Positions 37,159-46,194 of a stretch of 56,684 nt of DNA are shown here, piece after piece. Both the position numbers and the translations under genes were made by a program. Every line of letters starts with the position of its first letter. The stretch's first letter is position 1. Below the pieces are notes generated by a model. That model saw only the letters and a list, made by a program, of their open reading frames with translations, was not told the DNA's origin and made no database searches. Source of the DNA: an uncultured Rikenella sp. (GTDB lineage Bacteria; Bacteroidota; Bacteroidia; Bacteroidales; VadinHA17); NCBI GenBank assembly GCA_964470815.1, contig CAYYEH010000010.1, positions 1-56,684 of the forward strand, in the 5' to 3' direction.

Positions 37159-38037
37159 TCAGTTACGGGGGTCAGCACCCCACATGAGTTTATTCCTCAG
37201 TGTACTGAAAAAATCGTTGCCGGCGGTTGTTACCGTGCTCAGCCTGGAAGATGACTGACATATTTCAATGACTGTGCCCGCGGGTACCCTTGTTGCCCTG
37301 GAATCGCAGGTAACGAGGCACCGGTCTGTCCGGCCTCCCGGCTCGAGGGTTATGATGCTGCTGCCTGTGACTATTATTGGCCTGATGGTGAGGTTGTGGG
37401 GTGACATAGGGACAATGATTATGCTGTCATCCGTGGGCGATAATATCGGGCCTCCCACACTGAGGTTGTATGCAGTTGACCCGGTGGCAGATGAGATTAT
37501 AAGCCCGTCGGCACGGTAGGTATTCAGAAATACGCCATCCACCCTGACGGTGATGGAGATCATGCTCTGGTCAGTTTTCTGTACCGTTATCTCGTTGAGT
37601 GCCATGGCGCCGCCGTTTTCGAAGAGGCCTGGTGGGGAGACTATTTCAAGCATGGCACGGCTGACGAGTTCATACTGGCCTGAGCAGAGGAGATCAATTG
37701 ATTTACCTATATCGTCATCGGGAATATTTGCGAGGAATCCAAGCCTGCCGGTATTTATTCCTGCCACGGGAATACCTGTGGATCGTACCCTCATTGCAGT
37801 ATCCAGGAAAGTGCCGTCACCGCCGACGCTCAGTATCATACAAACTTCCGCAGGCAGGTCTGAGAGTTCGCTGAAGAGTATAACCCTGTTGTCATGGTCA
37901 AAGTGGGGGCCGCCGGGCTCCATTATGTTCAGGTAGATGGTCACACCCCTGTCATAGAGAGCATCGATGAGCCTCATCAGACCGGCAGTGGTCTTTTCGC
38001 TAAGACCCTTGCTGTAAAGTGCGATTGTTTTGTCCAT
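37159..38037 (-). CDS. nadK: NAD kinase
   Basis: GGDGTFL, GINTGRLGFL, ALNE, DGLI..ATGSTAYNLS.GGP. Confidence 0.95.
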   Translation of the reverse strand: MDKTIALYSKGLSEKTTAGLMRLIDALYDRGVTIYLNIMEPGGPHFDHDNRVILFSELSDLPAEVCMILSVGGDGTFLDTAMRVRSTGIPVAGINTGRLGFLANIPDDDIGKSIDLLCSGQYELVSRAMLEIVSPPGLFENGGAMALNEITVQKTDQSMISITVRVDGVFLNTYRADGLIISSATGSTAYNLSVGGPILSPTDDSIIIVPMSPHNLTIRPIIVTGSSIITLEPGGRTDRCLVTCDSRATRVPAGTVIEICQSSSRLSTVTTAGNDFFSTLRNKLMWGADPRN

Positions 38038-38049
38038 TTCTATCCGGGG

Positions 38050-38715
38050 TTACATATTGAGGTACTTCATAAGCAGGTTGTACCTGTCGGTATAGAACCT
38101 GTCGAGCTCGTCATTGTCGGTTACCCATGTAGTCACCTCATAGGAGTATCTTTCAAATGTCCGGATGATTGATGCAAGGTCATTGGTATTGACCTTCAGC
38201 GTTATCTCGAGGCTTGTTGATTCAGGCTCTGAAGTGATGTGCATGCTGAGGATCCTGGCGTCATTGCTTTCCACTATCTGAGATATCCGGCTCATGGAGT
38301 AGTCACGCTGGAGTACCTTCAGAATCAGTATACCTCCGGGCTGGTCAATGGAAGAGATGCGGGCCAGGGCGCTGATCATCTCGTTGTATGTGATGACACC
38401 ACGGAAGTGGTTTTCATCATCAACCACAGGGACTACGGTAAGTTTATGCCGGGCTGCCAGGGCGATTACCTCGTATATGTGCTGGTGTCCCTTCACGGAG
38501 GGTCTTGGGAGTGAGAGCGGGTGATTGCCTATCGGTTCTTCCGGCTGGTTGAGATCATAGATATCACTGTCAGAGATAAGTCCGAGATAATCTGTCTCGT
38601 TCACTATCGGCAGGTGAGATACCCTGAATATCTCCATCCAGTTTAGTGCAGTCTGCGCTGTGTCAGAAGTTTTCAGTGCAGGAACCACGTCGGATATCAT
38701 CTCCTTGGCAAGCAT
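38050..38715 (-). CDS. CBS-domain protein with ACT-like C-terminus
   Basis: Two CBS repeats (HLPIV, VPVVD) and DYSMS.ISQIVESN.A.I. Confidence 0.85.
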   Translation of the reverse strand: MLAKEMISDVVPALKTSDTAQTALNWMEIFRVSHLPIVNETDYLGLISDSDIYDLNQPEEPIGNHPLSLPRPSVKGHQHIYEVIALAARHKLTVVPVVDDENHFRGVITYNEMISALARISSIDQPGGILILKVLQRDYSMSRISQIVESNDARILSMHITSEPESTSLEITLKVNTNDLASIIRTFERYSYEVTTWVTDNDELDRFYTDRYNLLMKYLNM

Positions 38716-38763
38716 TCACAGGCTCATTTGGTCAATAAAAGTACAAAAAACTGCGGATCTTTA

Positions 38764-38771
38764 TAACTTTG
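38764..38771 (+). promoter_or_regulatory. -7 element for pdxJ
   Basis: TAACTTTG. Confidence 0.55.
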
Positions 38772-38796
38772 CCCGTTGAATCAGCATAAGAAAGCC

Positions 38797-39516
38797 ATGA
38801 CGAGACTGAGTGTAAACATCAATAAGATTGCCACGATAAGGAATGCACGGGGAGGCAATGTGCCGGATGTGAAGCTTGCCGCGGTGCGATGCCAGGGCTA
38901 CGGTGCCGAAGGCATCACCGTCCACCCAAGGCCAGATGAGAGGCATATCCGTTACAGTGATGTATATGATATCAGGGATATTGTAACTACCGAATTCAAC
39001 ATCGAGGGCAACCCCGGGGAGCAGTTCATCAGGCTGGTGCTTGATGTGGTGCCTGACCAGGTGACTCTTGTGCCTGATGCCCATGATGCCATCACCTCAA
39101 ACTCCGGGTGGGACACGAAGACGAACCTGCAGTTTCTTGCCGATGTGATCTCACGCTTTCACGAGAAGGGGATACGCACCTCCATCTTCACCGGTACAGA
39201 TCCGGAGATGATAGAATATGCAGCCCGTACCGGCACTGACAGAATAGAACTTTACACCGAGCCTTATGCATCGATGTATCCTGCTGACAGGGACGCCGCC
39301 GTTGCTCCCTTTGTCAGGGCAGCTGAAGTGGCGCGTGATGCCGGGCTGGGTATAAATGCTGGCCATGACCTCGACCTGGGTAACCTTGCATGGCTTCATA
39401 AAAACATACCGTGGCTCCTGGAAGTATCCATCGGACACGCACTCATTTCGGATGCACTTTACTACGGGCTTGAGAATACCATTCAGATGTACCTTCGCGA
39501 GCTGCGCAAAGGGTGA
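38797..39516 (+). CDS. pdxJ: Pyridoxine 5'-phosphate synthase
   Basis: [45 protein letters not shown]. Confidence 0.97.
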   Translation: MTRLSVNINKIATIRNARGGNVPDVKLAAVRCQGYGAEGITVHPRPDERHIRYSDVYDIRDIVTTEFNIEGNPGEQFIRLVLDVVPDQVTLVPDAHDAITSNSGWDTKTNLQFLADVISRFHEKGIRTSIFTGTDPEMIEYAARTGTDRIELYTEPYASMYPADRDAAVAPFVRAAEVARDAGLGINAGHDLDLGNLAWLHKNIPWLLEVSIGHALISDALYYGLENTIQMYLRELRKG

Positions 39517-39518
39517 AC

Positions 39519-40127
39519 CTACCTCAGGTGCTTTTCCACTATCGTGCGGAGCACCTCTATCCCTACCAGGTTTTCACCTCCGCCGGGAATGATAATGTCA
39601 GCATATCTTTTTGAAGGTTCAATGAACTGCAGGTGTGACGGCTTCACTGTTTTGTTGTACCGTTCAAGCACCATCAGCACCGAACGGCCGCGTTCCACTA
39701 TGTCACGCTGGATTACCCTCCCCAGACGGTCGTCAGCATCGGCATCAACGAAGACCTTGATGTCAAGCATCGAACGGAGACCAGGGTCAGCCAGTACAAG
39801 GATCCCCTCTACCACCACCACCTCTGCCGGCCTGATGGGCACGGTCTCCTGTGACCTGACGCAGGTGAGGTATGAATAGATGGGCATCATGACGGGCCTC
39901 CCGGCCTTAAGCTCTGCCAGGTGGGCTATCAGCAGAGGCCACTCCACCGAGTCGGGATGGTCAAAGTTTATATTCTGACGCTGCTCAACGGGGATATGAC
40001 TGTTATCGCGGTAATAGCTGTCCTGAGGCAATATGACAACCTCCCCCGGAGGAAGCATCTCAATAAGTTTGCGTACAACGGTAGTCTTTCCTGATCCTGT
40101 TCCTCCGGCAATCCCGACAATAAGCAT
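39519..40127 (-). CDS. udk: Uridine kinase
   Basis: GIAGGTGSGKTT, QDSYY, NFDHP, VEGIL, QFIEPSKRYAD. Confidence 0.97.
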   Translation of the reverse strand: MLIVGIAGGTGSGKTTVVRKLIEMLPPGEVVILPQDSYYRDNSHIPVEQRQNINFDHPDSVEWPLLIAHLAELKAGRPVMMPIYSYLTCVRSQETVPIRPAEVVVVEGILVLADPGLRSMLDIKVFVDADADDRLGRVIQRDIVERGRSVLMVLERYNKTVKPSHLQFIEPSKRYADIIIPGGGENLVGIEVLRTIVEKHLR

Positions 40128-40135
40128 AAAATGAT

Positions 40136-40154
40136 TATTTTTGTACCAAAAGTA
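40136..40154. promoter_or_regulatory. Overlapping opposite-strand -7 elements for udk and dabb-manA
   Basis: Plus TATTTTTG (40136-43) and minus TACTTTTG (40154-47). Confidence 0.55.
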
Positions 40155-40168
40155 GCAAAAACAACTGT

Positions 40169-40471
40169 ATGGTAAAGCATATCGTGATCTTTAAGCTTGC
40201 CCAGCCTGTCACCCCGGAAGAGAGAGAGCAGTCAGTCAGGAAGCTTAAGGAAGTATTCGGTCCCCTGGGAAACAGGCTGAAGTACATCATTGAGTACCGG
40301 ACAGGCATCAATGTCACGGATACAGACCATGCCGGTGATTTTGTCATCGACGCTACTTTTGCCTCGATGGAGGATGTAAGGCGATATCAGAACAGTGAAT
40401 CTCACCGTGAGGCAGTGGCAGCTGCGGCATCGATAAAAAAGGCCAAGCTGGTTGTTGACTATACCTTCTGA
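40169..40471 (+). CDS. Dabb family stress-responsive alpha/beta barrel
   Basis: MVKHIVIFK...F.S.ED...YQ...H...VVDY. Confidence 0.85.
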   Translation: MVKHIVIFKLAQPVTPEEREQSVRKLKEVFGPLGNRLKYIIEYRTGINVTDTDHAGDFVIDATFASMEDVRRYQNSESHREAVAAAASIKKAKLVVDYTF

Positions 40472-40475
40472 ACAG

Positions 40476-41474
40476 ATGAATCAGCTATATCCAATACGGT
40501 TCCGGCCTGTGCTTAAGGAGACCCTCTGGGGAGGCACTGCACTCAGGGAACGGTCAGGCAGGAAAACAAAAACCGAAGTGCGTATCGGCGAGAGCTGGGA
40601 GATAAGTGGTATGCCCGGGGCGAGTTCAGTTGTGGCCAACGGTTTCCTGAAAGGCAATAGCCTGGAAGAGATCTCCGAGATTTATATGGACGAACTCCTG
40701 GGTGAGTCTGTCTATGATAAGTACGGTACCGAGTTCCCCCTGCTCATTAAATTCATTGACGCAGCTGACAGGCTCTCAATACAGGTGCATCCTGACGACA
40801 GGCTTGCCTCGGAGCGGCATCATGCATGGGGCAAGACAGAGATGTGGTATGTGATTGATGCAAAGCCGGGTGCTGTGATCTACACCGGCTTCATAAAAAA
40901 AACGACGAAGGAAGAATACCTTGAACACCTGGCAGGCAAAAAACTTTCAGAGTTAATAAATGTCACCCCGGTAAGGCCCGGCGATGTCTTCTTCATTCCT
41001 GCAGGAATGGTTCATGCCATCGGAGCAGGTGTATTCCTTGCCGAAATACAGCAGACATCAGACGTCACCTACCGCATCTATGACTGGGACCGGGTTGATT
41101 CAACCGGCAAACCCCGCGAGATGCATACTGCACTGGCCCTTGATGCCATTAACTTCAGCCTCGACAGCAACAACCTCATCAGACATGAACCTGAACTGAA
41201 CAGAACGGTACTGCTCGCTGAGAGCCCTTATTTCCATACAAGCCTGATAATGTTTGACAGGCCCATCATTAAAGACTACAGCCTTACCGATTCCTTTGTA
41301 ATATATATCTGCACCTCCAGCATGGCTGTAATAGAATGTAACGGCCTGAGTGAAGAGATAAGGGCCGGTGAGACCCTCCTGATCCCTGCATCAGCCGACA
41401 GTGTAACGATCATCCCCCGCGAAACAGCAACACTGATCGAAGTCTTTGTACCCCTGAAAAGCAAAACGAAATGA
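40476..41474 (+). CDS. manA: Mannose-6-phosphate isomerase, class I
   Basis: LWGG, GESWE, PLLIKFIDA..LSIQVHP, GKTEMWY, EIQQTSD.TYR.YDW. Confidence 0.95.
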   Translation: MNQLYPIRFRPVLKETLWGGTALRERSGRKTKTEVRIGESWEISGMPGASSVVANGFLKGNSLEEISEIYMDELLGESVYDKYGTEFPLLIKFIDAADRLSIQVHPDDRLASERHHAWGKTEMWYVIDAKPGAVIYTGFIKKTTKEEYLEHLAGKKLSELINVTPVRPGDVFFIPAGMVHAIGAGVFLAEIQQTSDVTYRIYDWDRVDSTGKPREMHTALALDAINFSLDSNNLIRHEPELNRTVLLAESPYFHTSLIMFDRPIIKDYSLTDSFVIYICTSSMAVIECNGLSEEIRAGETLLIPASADSVTIIPRETATLIEVFVPLKSKTK

Positions 41475-42232
41475 AACAGCTTACAACACTGACAATGGTC
41501 ATCATCATGATACTTGCCTCTGCCTGCGGGGGAGGACCCGGGCAGGAAGGGAGCGGCAAAAAGAAGATGGGTCACGTGCCGGACACCGGGTATACCGGTG
41601 TGAAAAACTATATAAAGGATAACCTCAAGCTGAAGGAGGTTTACTACAAAAACGGCGTTCGTGAAGGGATAACCCGTACCTTCTACAAGGGGGGAGCACT
41701 GGAGCAGGAGATACCGTACTCGGCCGACAAGAAAAACGGCGAAGCAAAATGGTACTACCCTGACGGTAAACTATTCCGTACCACCCCCTATCTCAATGAC
41801 ACCATCCACGGAGACCAGGTACAGTATTACAAGAGCGGCCGCGTAAAGGCCAGGATCAGGTATACAGAGGGAAAACGGTTACCGGGGATTGAGGAATATA
41901 TGATGAGCGGAGAGAAGGTTACCTCCTATCCGGAGCTCAGGTACCGGATCAGTGACCGGTACGAGGAAAGGGGACTTTACAAGATATTCCTGGAGTTTTC
42001 AGACATGGCTGAAAACGGGAAATTCTACAGGGGTGATTATGTCAATGGCCTCGTTGACCTGGATTCCCTGACACTCCTGCTGCAAACGGCCACCACCGGT
42101 TACCTCGACCTGCAGAAGACGCAGGGCCACCGGGCCGATTCAGCGGTGGTGGTTGCGTCATACCTCACCCAGTTCGGCAACAGGCTTTTTTACCGGCTGG
42201 CAATACCATTACCATATAAGGACCTAAACTGA
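41471..42232 (+). CDS. MORN-variant repeat lipoprotein (YwqK-like)
   Basis: Lipobox LASAC and repeated Y.NG...G....YY..G units. Confidence 0.75.
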   Translation: MKQLTTLTMVIIMILASACGGGPGQEGSGKKKMGHVPDTGYTGVKNYIKDNLKLKEVYYKNGVREGITRTFYKGGALEQEIPYSADKKNGEAKWYYPDGKLFRTTPYLNDTIHGDQVQYYKSGRVKARIRYTEGKRLPGIEEYMMSGEKVTSYPELRYRISDRYEERGLYKIFLEFSDMAENGKFYRGDYVNGLVDLDSLTLLLQTATTGYLDLQKTQGHRADSAVVVASYLTQFGNRLFYRLAIPLPYKDLN

Positions 42233-42238
42233 AAAAAT

Positions 42239-42625
42239 ATGTCACAGATTCTCGTGCCGGGTATAAGGCTCACAACAACAAGGACGGTCGTTGAAAATGA
42301 CACAGCCGCTGTTTACGGATCAGGACTGCATGATGTCCTTTCCACACCGGCCATGATAGCTTTCATGGAGCAGACGGCGATGAAGGCTGTGGAGGCATGT
42401 CTCGATGAAGGAGAAGGAACCGTGGGGACAGAGGTGAACGTGAAACACCTCAAGGCAACCGCGGTTGGGAAGACTATTACATGCACTGCCACGCTACAGG
42501 AGGTTAACGGAAACAGGCTTCTCTTCCATGTTGAGGCAAGTGACGACGATGGCAGGATCGGTGAAGGCTATCACGAGAGATACATCATTGACAACAGGCG
42601 GTTCAAGGAAAAGCTGAACAGGTGA
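42239..42625 (+). CDS. FlK-type hotdog thioesterase
   Basis: STPAMIAFME, GTVG..VNVKH, G.HERYI. Confidence 0.88.
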   Translation: MSQILVPGIRLTTTRTVVENDTAAVYGSGLHDVLSTPAMIAFMEQTAMKAVEACLDEGEGTVGTEVNVKHLKATAVGKTITCTATLQEVNGNRLLFHVEASDDDGRIGEGYHERYIIDNRRFKEKLNR

Positions 42626-43233
42626 TGATCATCAGGTCAGCCACATTTGTTACCAGCAGTGCAAGGATAAGCCAGCTGCCTGCACCCGATTATCCCGAAT
42701 ATGCATTCATAGGCAGATCTAATGTCGGCAAATCGTCACTGATCAATATGCTTGTCTCCCGAAGGGGTCTTGCCAAAACATCAGGAAGCCCCGGAAAGAC
42801 TCAGACCATCAACCATTTTCTCATTAACGAAGGCTGGTATCTTGTTGACCTGCCGGGATACGGATATGCACGTGTTTCACAGAAAACGAGGGATCAGTGG
42901 GACAAACTGTTTACTTCATATGTAACGTTGAGGGAGAATCTGATCCTGTTGTTTGTGCTGATAGATGCCCGGCATGAACCGATGGCATCAGACCTGGCAT
43001 TCATGGAGCGGCTTGCGCGGAACGGTGTCCCCTTTGCCAGGGTCTTCACCAAGACCGACAAGCTGTCGGATACGGCAGCGGAGAAGAACAGATCACTCCA
43101 TGACAGTGTCATGCTGCGCTCATGGGAGAGCCTGCCGCCAACGTTTGTCACCTCAGCAGTAAAGGGAGAAGGGAGGGATGAACTCCTCGGTTACATAGAA
43201 GAGAACATGATATTTTTCCAAAGAGGAAAATGA
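42625..43233 (+). CDS. engB: Ribosome biogenesis GTPase YihA/YsxC
   Basis: GRSNVGKSS, PGKTQ, DLPGYG, TKTD. Confidence 0.95.
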   Translation: MIIRSATFVTSSARISQLPAPDYPEYAFIGRSNVGKSSLINMLVSRRGLAKTSGSPGKTQTINHFLINEGWYLVDLPGYGYARVSQKTRDQWDKLFTSYVTLRENLILLFVLIDARHEPMASDLAFMERLARNGVPFARVFTKTDKLSDTAAEKNRSLHDSVMLRSWESLPPTFVTSAVKGEGRDELLGYIEENMIFFQRGK

Positions 43234-43294
43234 TTTGACCATTAAGTATTATTTTTGGGGCATCATTCAGTAAAAACCAAACCAACTACCTGTT

Positions 43295-44233
43295 ATGATC
43301 GGCCGGGCTCCCTTTAAGATATTTTCCTGTACCTCATCATTAAGCATTGCGGAAAAGATTGCCGACCATCTCGGTATAGAACTGGGCAAAAGCTCACTGC
43401 TGAGTTTCAGTGACGGAGAGTTTCAGCCCTGTTTTGACGAGTCGGTCAGGGGCTGTCATGTCTTTATCATCCAGTCAACCAATCCCCCCGCGGAGAACCT
43501 GATGGAACTGCTGCTGATGATTGATGCGGCAAAGAGGGCTTCAGCCTACAAGGTAAATGCGGTCATACCCTATTACGGGTATGCACGGCAGGACCGCAAG
43601 GACAGGCCCCGGGTATCACTGGGGGCAAAGCTTACGGCAGACCTGCTGACCAAGGCCGGGGTTGACCGTATCATTACCATTGATCTCCATGCTGATCAGA
43701 TCCAGGGATTCTTTGACGTGCCTGTTGACCATCTTTTCGGATCAGCGCTCTTTGCCCCGTATATCAGGAGCCTCAATCTGCCTAATCTCACCGTCTCTGC
43801 CCCTGACATGGGCGGTTCGAAGAGAGCCAATGCCTATGCACGTCACCTTCAGTGTGAGATGGTTCTCTGCTACAAGCTGCGTAAGAAGCCCAATGTTGTG
43901 GAGGAGATTTCAATCATCGGAGAGGTTGAAGGAAGGCATGTGGTTATCATTGATGACCTGGTTGACACCGCAGGCACCCTTACTTTTGCTGCCACTGTGA
44001 TGAAAGACCGCGGTGCACTGAGCGTCAGGGCAGTGGCCACACACCCGGTCCTTTCAGGAAACGCAATAGAAAAAATAGACAAATCTCCTCTCGAGGAACT
44101 GGTTGTAACTGACAGCATTCCCATGATCAGCACATCACCGAAAATCAAGGTTTTGTCAGTGGGCGAGATCTTCGCCGAAGCCATAAAAGCAGTATATACT
44201 AACACCTCTATCAGCTCGGGTTTTGTTTTCTGA
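43295..44233 (+). CDS. prs: Ribose-phosphate pyrophosphokinase
   Basis: FSDGE, PYYGYARQDRK, DLHA.QIQGFF, PDMGG, DDLVDTAGT. The -7 box TATTTTTG lies at 43250-57. Confidence 0.97.
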   Translation: MIGRAPFKIFSCTSSLSIAEKIADHLGIELGKSSLLSFSDGEFQPCFDESVRGCHVFIIQSTNPPAENLMELLLMIDAAKRASAYKVNAVIPYYGYARQDRKDRPRVSLGAKLTADLLTKAGVDRIITIDLHADQIQGFFDVPVDHLFGSALFAPYIRSLNLPNLTVSAPDMGGSKRANAYARHLQCEMVLCYKLRKKPNVVEEISIIGEVEGRHVVIIDDLVDTAGTLTFAATVMKDRGALSVRAVATHPVLSGNAIEKIDKSPLEELVVTDSIPMISTSPKIKVLSVGEIFAEAIKAVYTNTSISSGFVF

Positions 44234-44251
44234 GCTTTTTCACTATATTTG
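44222..44251 (+). promoter_or_regulatory. Housekeeping promoter for rplY-pth-hslR
   Basis: TTTG (44222-25), 18-nt spacer, TATATTTG (44244-51). Confidence 0.7.
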
Positions 44252-44282
44252 CACGCCAATTTTTTCCAACAAAACGTCAAAC

Positions 44283-44322
44283 GTGTGATGGGAGGTTATA
44301 TGGCATTAACCTTGAGTAACAC
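44283..44322 (+). promoter_or_regulatory. Candidate L25-binding leader hairpin (5S rRNA loop E mimic)
   Basis: GUGU/ACAC stem, symmetric internal loop GAUGG/GAGUA, then the GAGGUUA/UAACCUU stem. Ends 16 nt before the rplY ATG. Confidence 0.65.
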
Positions 44323-44338
44323 AACAAATTAAAGAGTG

Positions 44339-44953
44339 ATGAAAACTATTGAGATCAAAGCCGTCTCACGCGAGCATTTCGGCAAGAAGAGCACCAACAG
44401 CCTCCGGGCAGAGGGGAATGTACCATGCGTCATGTACATGGAAAAGAAGAATCTTCATTTTTATGCTCATGAGAACGCATTCCGCGGACTTGTATACACC
44501 CCAGAGGTCTACCTTGTCAGCCTCGTCGTAGATGGCAAGAGCTATAATGCAGTGATGAAGGAGATCCAGTGGCACCCGGTCACTGACAGAATCCTGCACA
44601 TTGATTTCATGCAGGTCAGCGAAGAGAAGCCGGTTACCATTGACATACCTCTTAAAATCACCGGCGAATCTGTCGGTGTCAAGGCCGGAGGCAAACTTCG
44701 CGTTAAGCGGAGAACACTGAAAGTCAAGGGGCTGACAAAACATATTCCTGATCATCTTACAATTGACATCACCAATATCGGGATCGGCCAGTCAGTGAAG
44801 ATCGGTGATCTCAACTATGAAAACCTCGAGATAATTGACAACAAGCGTGCTATGATCGTTTCTGTTGATGTCTCCAGGCTCTCTCTCAAGGAAGAAGAAA
44901 CAGCTGCTCCCGGAGCTGAAGCTGCCGCCGCCGAGGCTCCTGCTGAAGAATAA
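44339..44953 (+). CDS. rplY: 50S ribosomal protein L25/Ctc
   Basis: R...GKK....LR..G.VP.V.Y, Q.HPV.D.ILHIDF, G.S.GVK.GG, IP.....DIT. Confidence 0.97.
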   Translation: MKTIEIKAVSREHFGKKSTNSLRAEGNVPCVMYMEKKNLHFYAHENAFRGLVYTPEVYLVSLVVDGKSYNAVMKEIQWHPVTDRILHIDFMQVSEEKPVTIDIPLKITGESVGVKAGGKLRVKRRTLKVKGLTKHIPDHLTIDITNIGIGQSVKIGDLNYENLEIIDNKRAMIVSVDVSRLSLKEEETAAPGAEAAAAEAPAEE

Positions 44954-44977
44954 GGAACAAGCAGGTCCTGATGCGTA

Positions 44978-45586
44978 ATGAAACACCTGATCGCCGGTCT
45001 TGGCAACATAGGCGACGAGTATAGAAACACACGTCATAACGTAGGGTTTATGGTACTGGATGCCGCAGCAGCAGCATCCGGTATCACTTTTAAGGAGAGC
45101 CGTTATGGTTCTGTGGCATCGATGAGGCATAAGAATGCGGAACTGATACTGCTCAAACCCTCTACCTTCATGAACCGCAGCGGCAATGCCGTCCGCTACT
45201 GGCTGCAGAAAGAAAAAATAACCCTGGAAAACCTGCTGGTGATTACCGATGATATTGCCATCCCCACCGGCAGCATCCGTCTCAGGGCCTCGGGAAGCGC
45301 AGGTGGCCACAACGGGCTCACAAGCATAAGTGAGGTGCTTGGTACAGACCACTATTCACGCCTTCGGATAGGAATAGGCAATAACTTCCCTAAAGGGGGA
45401 CAGGTGAATTATGTCCTTGGTGAGTGGAATGCTGCAGAACTTCTGATAATGGAAAAAAGGATCCCGCTGGCCGTGGAGATGATGCTTTCATTTGCCCTCA
45501 CCGGCTGTGAGCTCACTATGACTGCATATAACCGCAAAGGCAAATACCCCGGTGATGACAGTGTTTTGCCCCCTTCAAAGCAGTGA
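44978..45586 (+). CDS. pth: Peptidyl-tRNA hydrolase
   Basis: GLGN.G.EY.NTRHNVGF, KP.TFMN.SG, GGHNGL, RLRIGIG. Confidence 0.97.
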   Translation: MKHLIAGLGNIGDEYRNTRHNVGFMVLDAAAAASGITFKESRYGSVASMRHKNAELILLKPSTFMNRSGNAVRYWLQKEKITLENLLVITDDIAIPTGSIRLRASGSAGGHNGLTSISEVLGTDHYSRLRIGIGNNFPKGGQVNYVLGEWNAAELLIMEKRIPLAVEMMLSFALTGCELTMTAYNRKGKYPGDDSVLPPSKQ

Positions 45587-45660
45587 CAGATGCCGCTCAT
45601 CCCCTCCTCCCGGGAAACCATGATGCAGTCGAGTGTCAACCTTCTGAAAAACTACACTAT

Positions 45661-46038
45661 ATGACATCTGAAAAAGGTGAAAGAATAGACAAATTCCTCT
45701 GGCATGTAAGAGTATACAAATCGCGCAGTATTGCCACGGAGGAGTGCAGGAAAGGAAGGGTCATGATCGGCGGGCAGCCTCTCAAACCGGCACAGATTGT
45801 AAGCACAGGCGCAGTTATTACTGTCAGGAAACCACCTGTTACCTATACGTATACAATAACAGACATCCCCAGGGGAAGAGTCGGCGCCCCGCTGGTGGCA
45901 TCGTTCATAACAGATCTCACACCACAGGAGGAAAAGGACAAGCTTGTGACAGGTAAAATGGCGAACGGAATCAGGCCGCGCGGCAGCGGCCGGCCGACGA
46001 AGCGGGAACGGAGAGAACTGGAAGACTTTCTTGAATAG
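45661..46038 (+). CDS. hslR: S4-domain ribosome-associated heat shock protein Hsp15
   Basis: RIDKFLW.VR.YKSRS.A, GRPTKRERR. Confidence 0.9.
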   Translation: MTSEKGERIDKFLWHVRVYKSRSIATEECRKGRVMIGGQPLKPAQIVSTGAVITVRKPPVTYTYTITDIPRGRVGAPLVASFITDLTPQEEKDKLVTGKMANGIRPRGSGRPTKRERRELEDFLE

Positions 46039-46194
46039 CTCCACAGGGAGGGTGGTATAAATACTTAAAAAAGAGTTGCTGCCTGTTAACCGGTCCCAAT
46101 TTTAGGCCTCACGGTAAAACTTTTTCTAACTTCGTAAAAGGTGAAGCCCCGGTGGCTTTGCGCATTGTTTTAAGAAGGTAAACCTGGATTCGGA

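Noticed and set aside
41471-42232. Toxin-antitoxin system (YwqK-like label)
   Set aside because: No toxin gene is adjacent. It is a MORN-repeat lipoprotein in a housekeeping operon.
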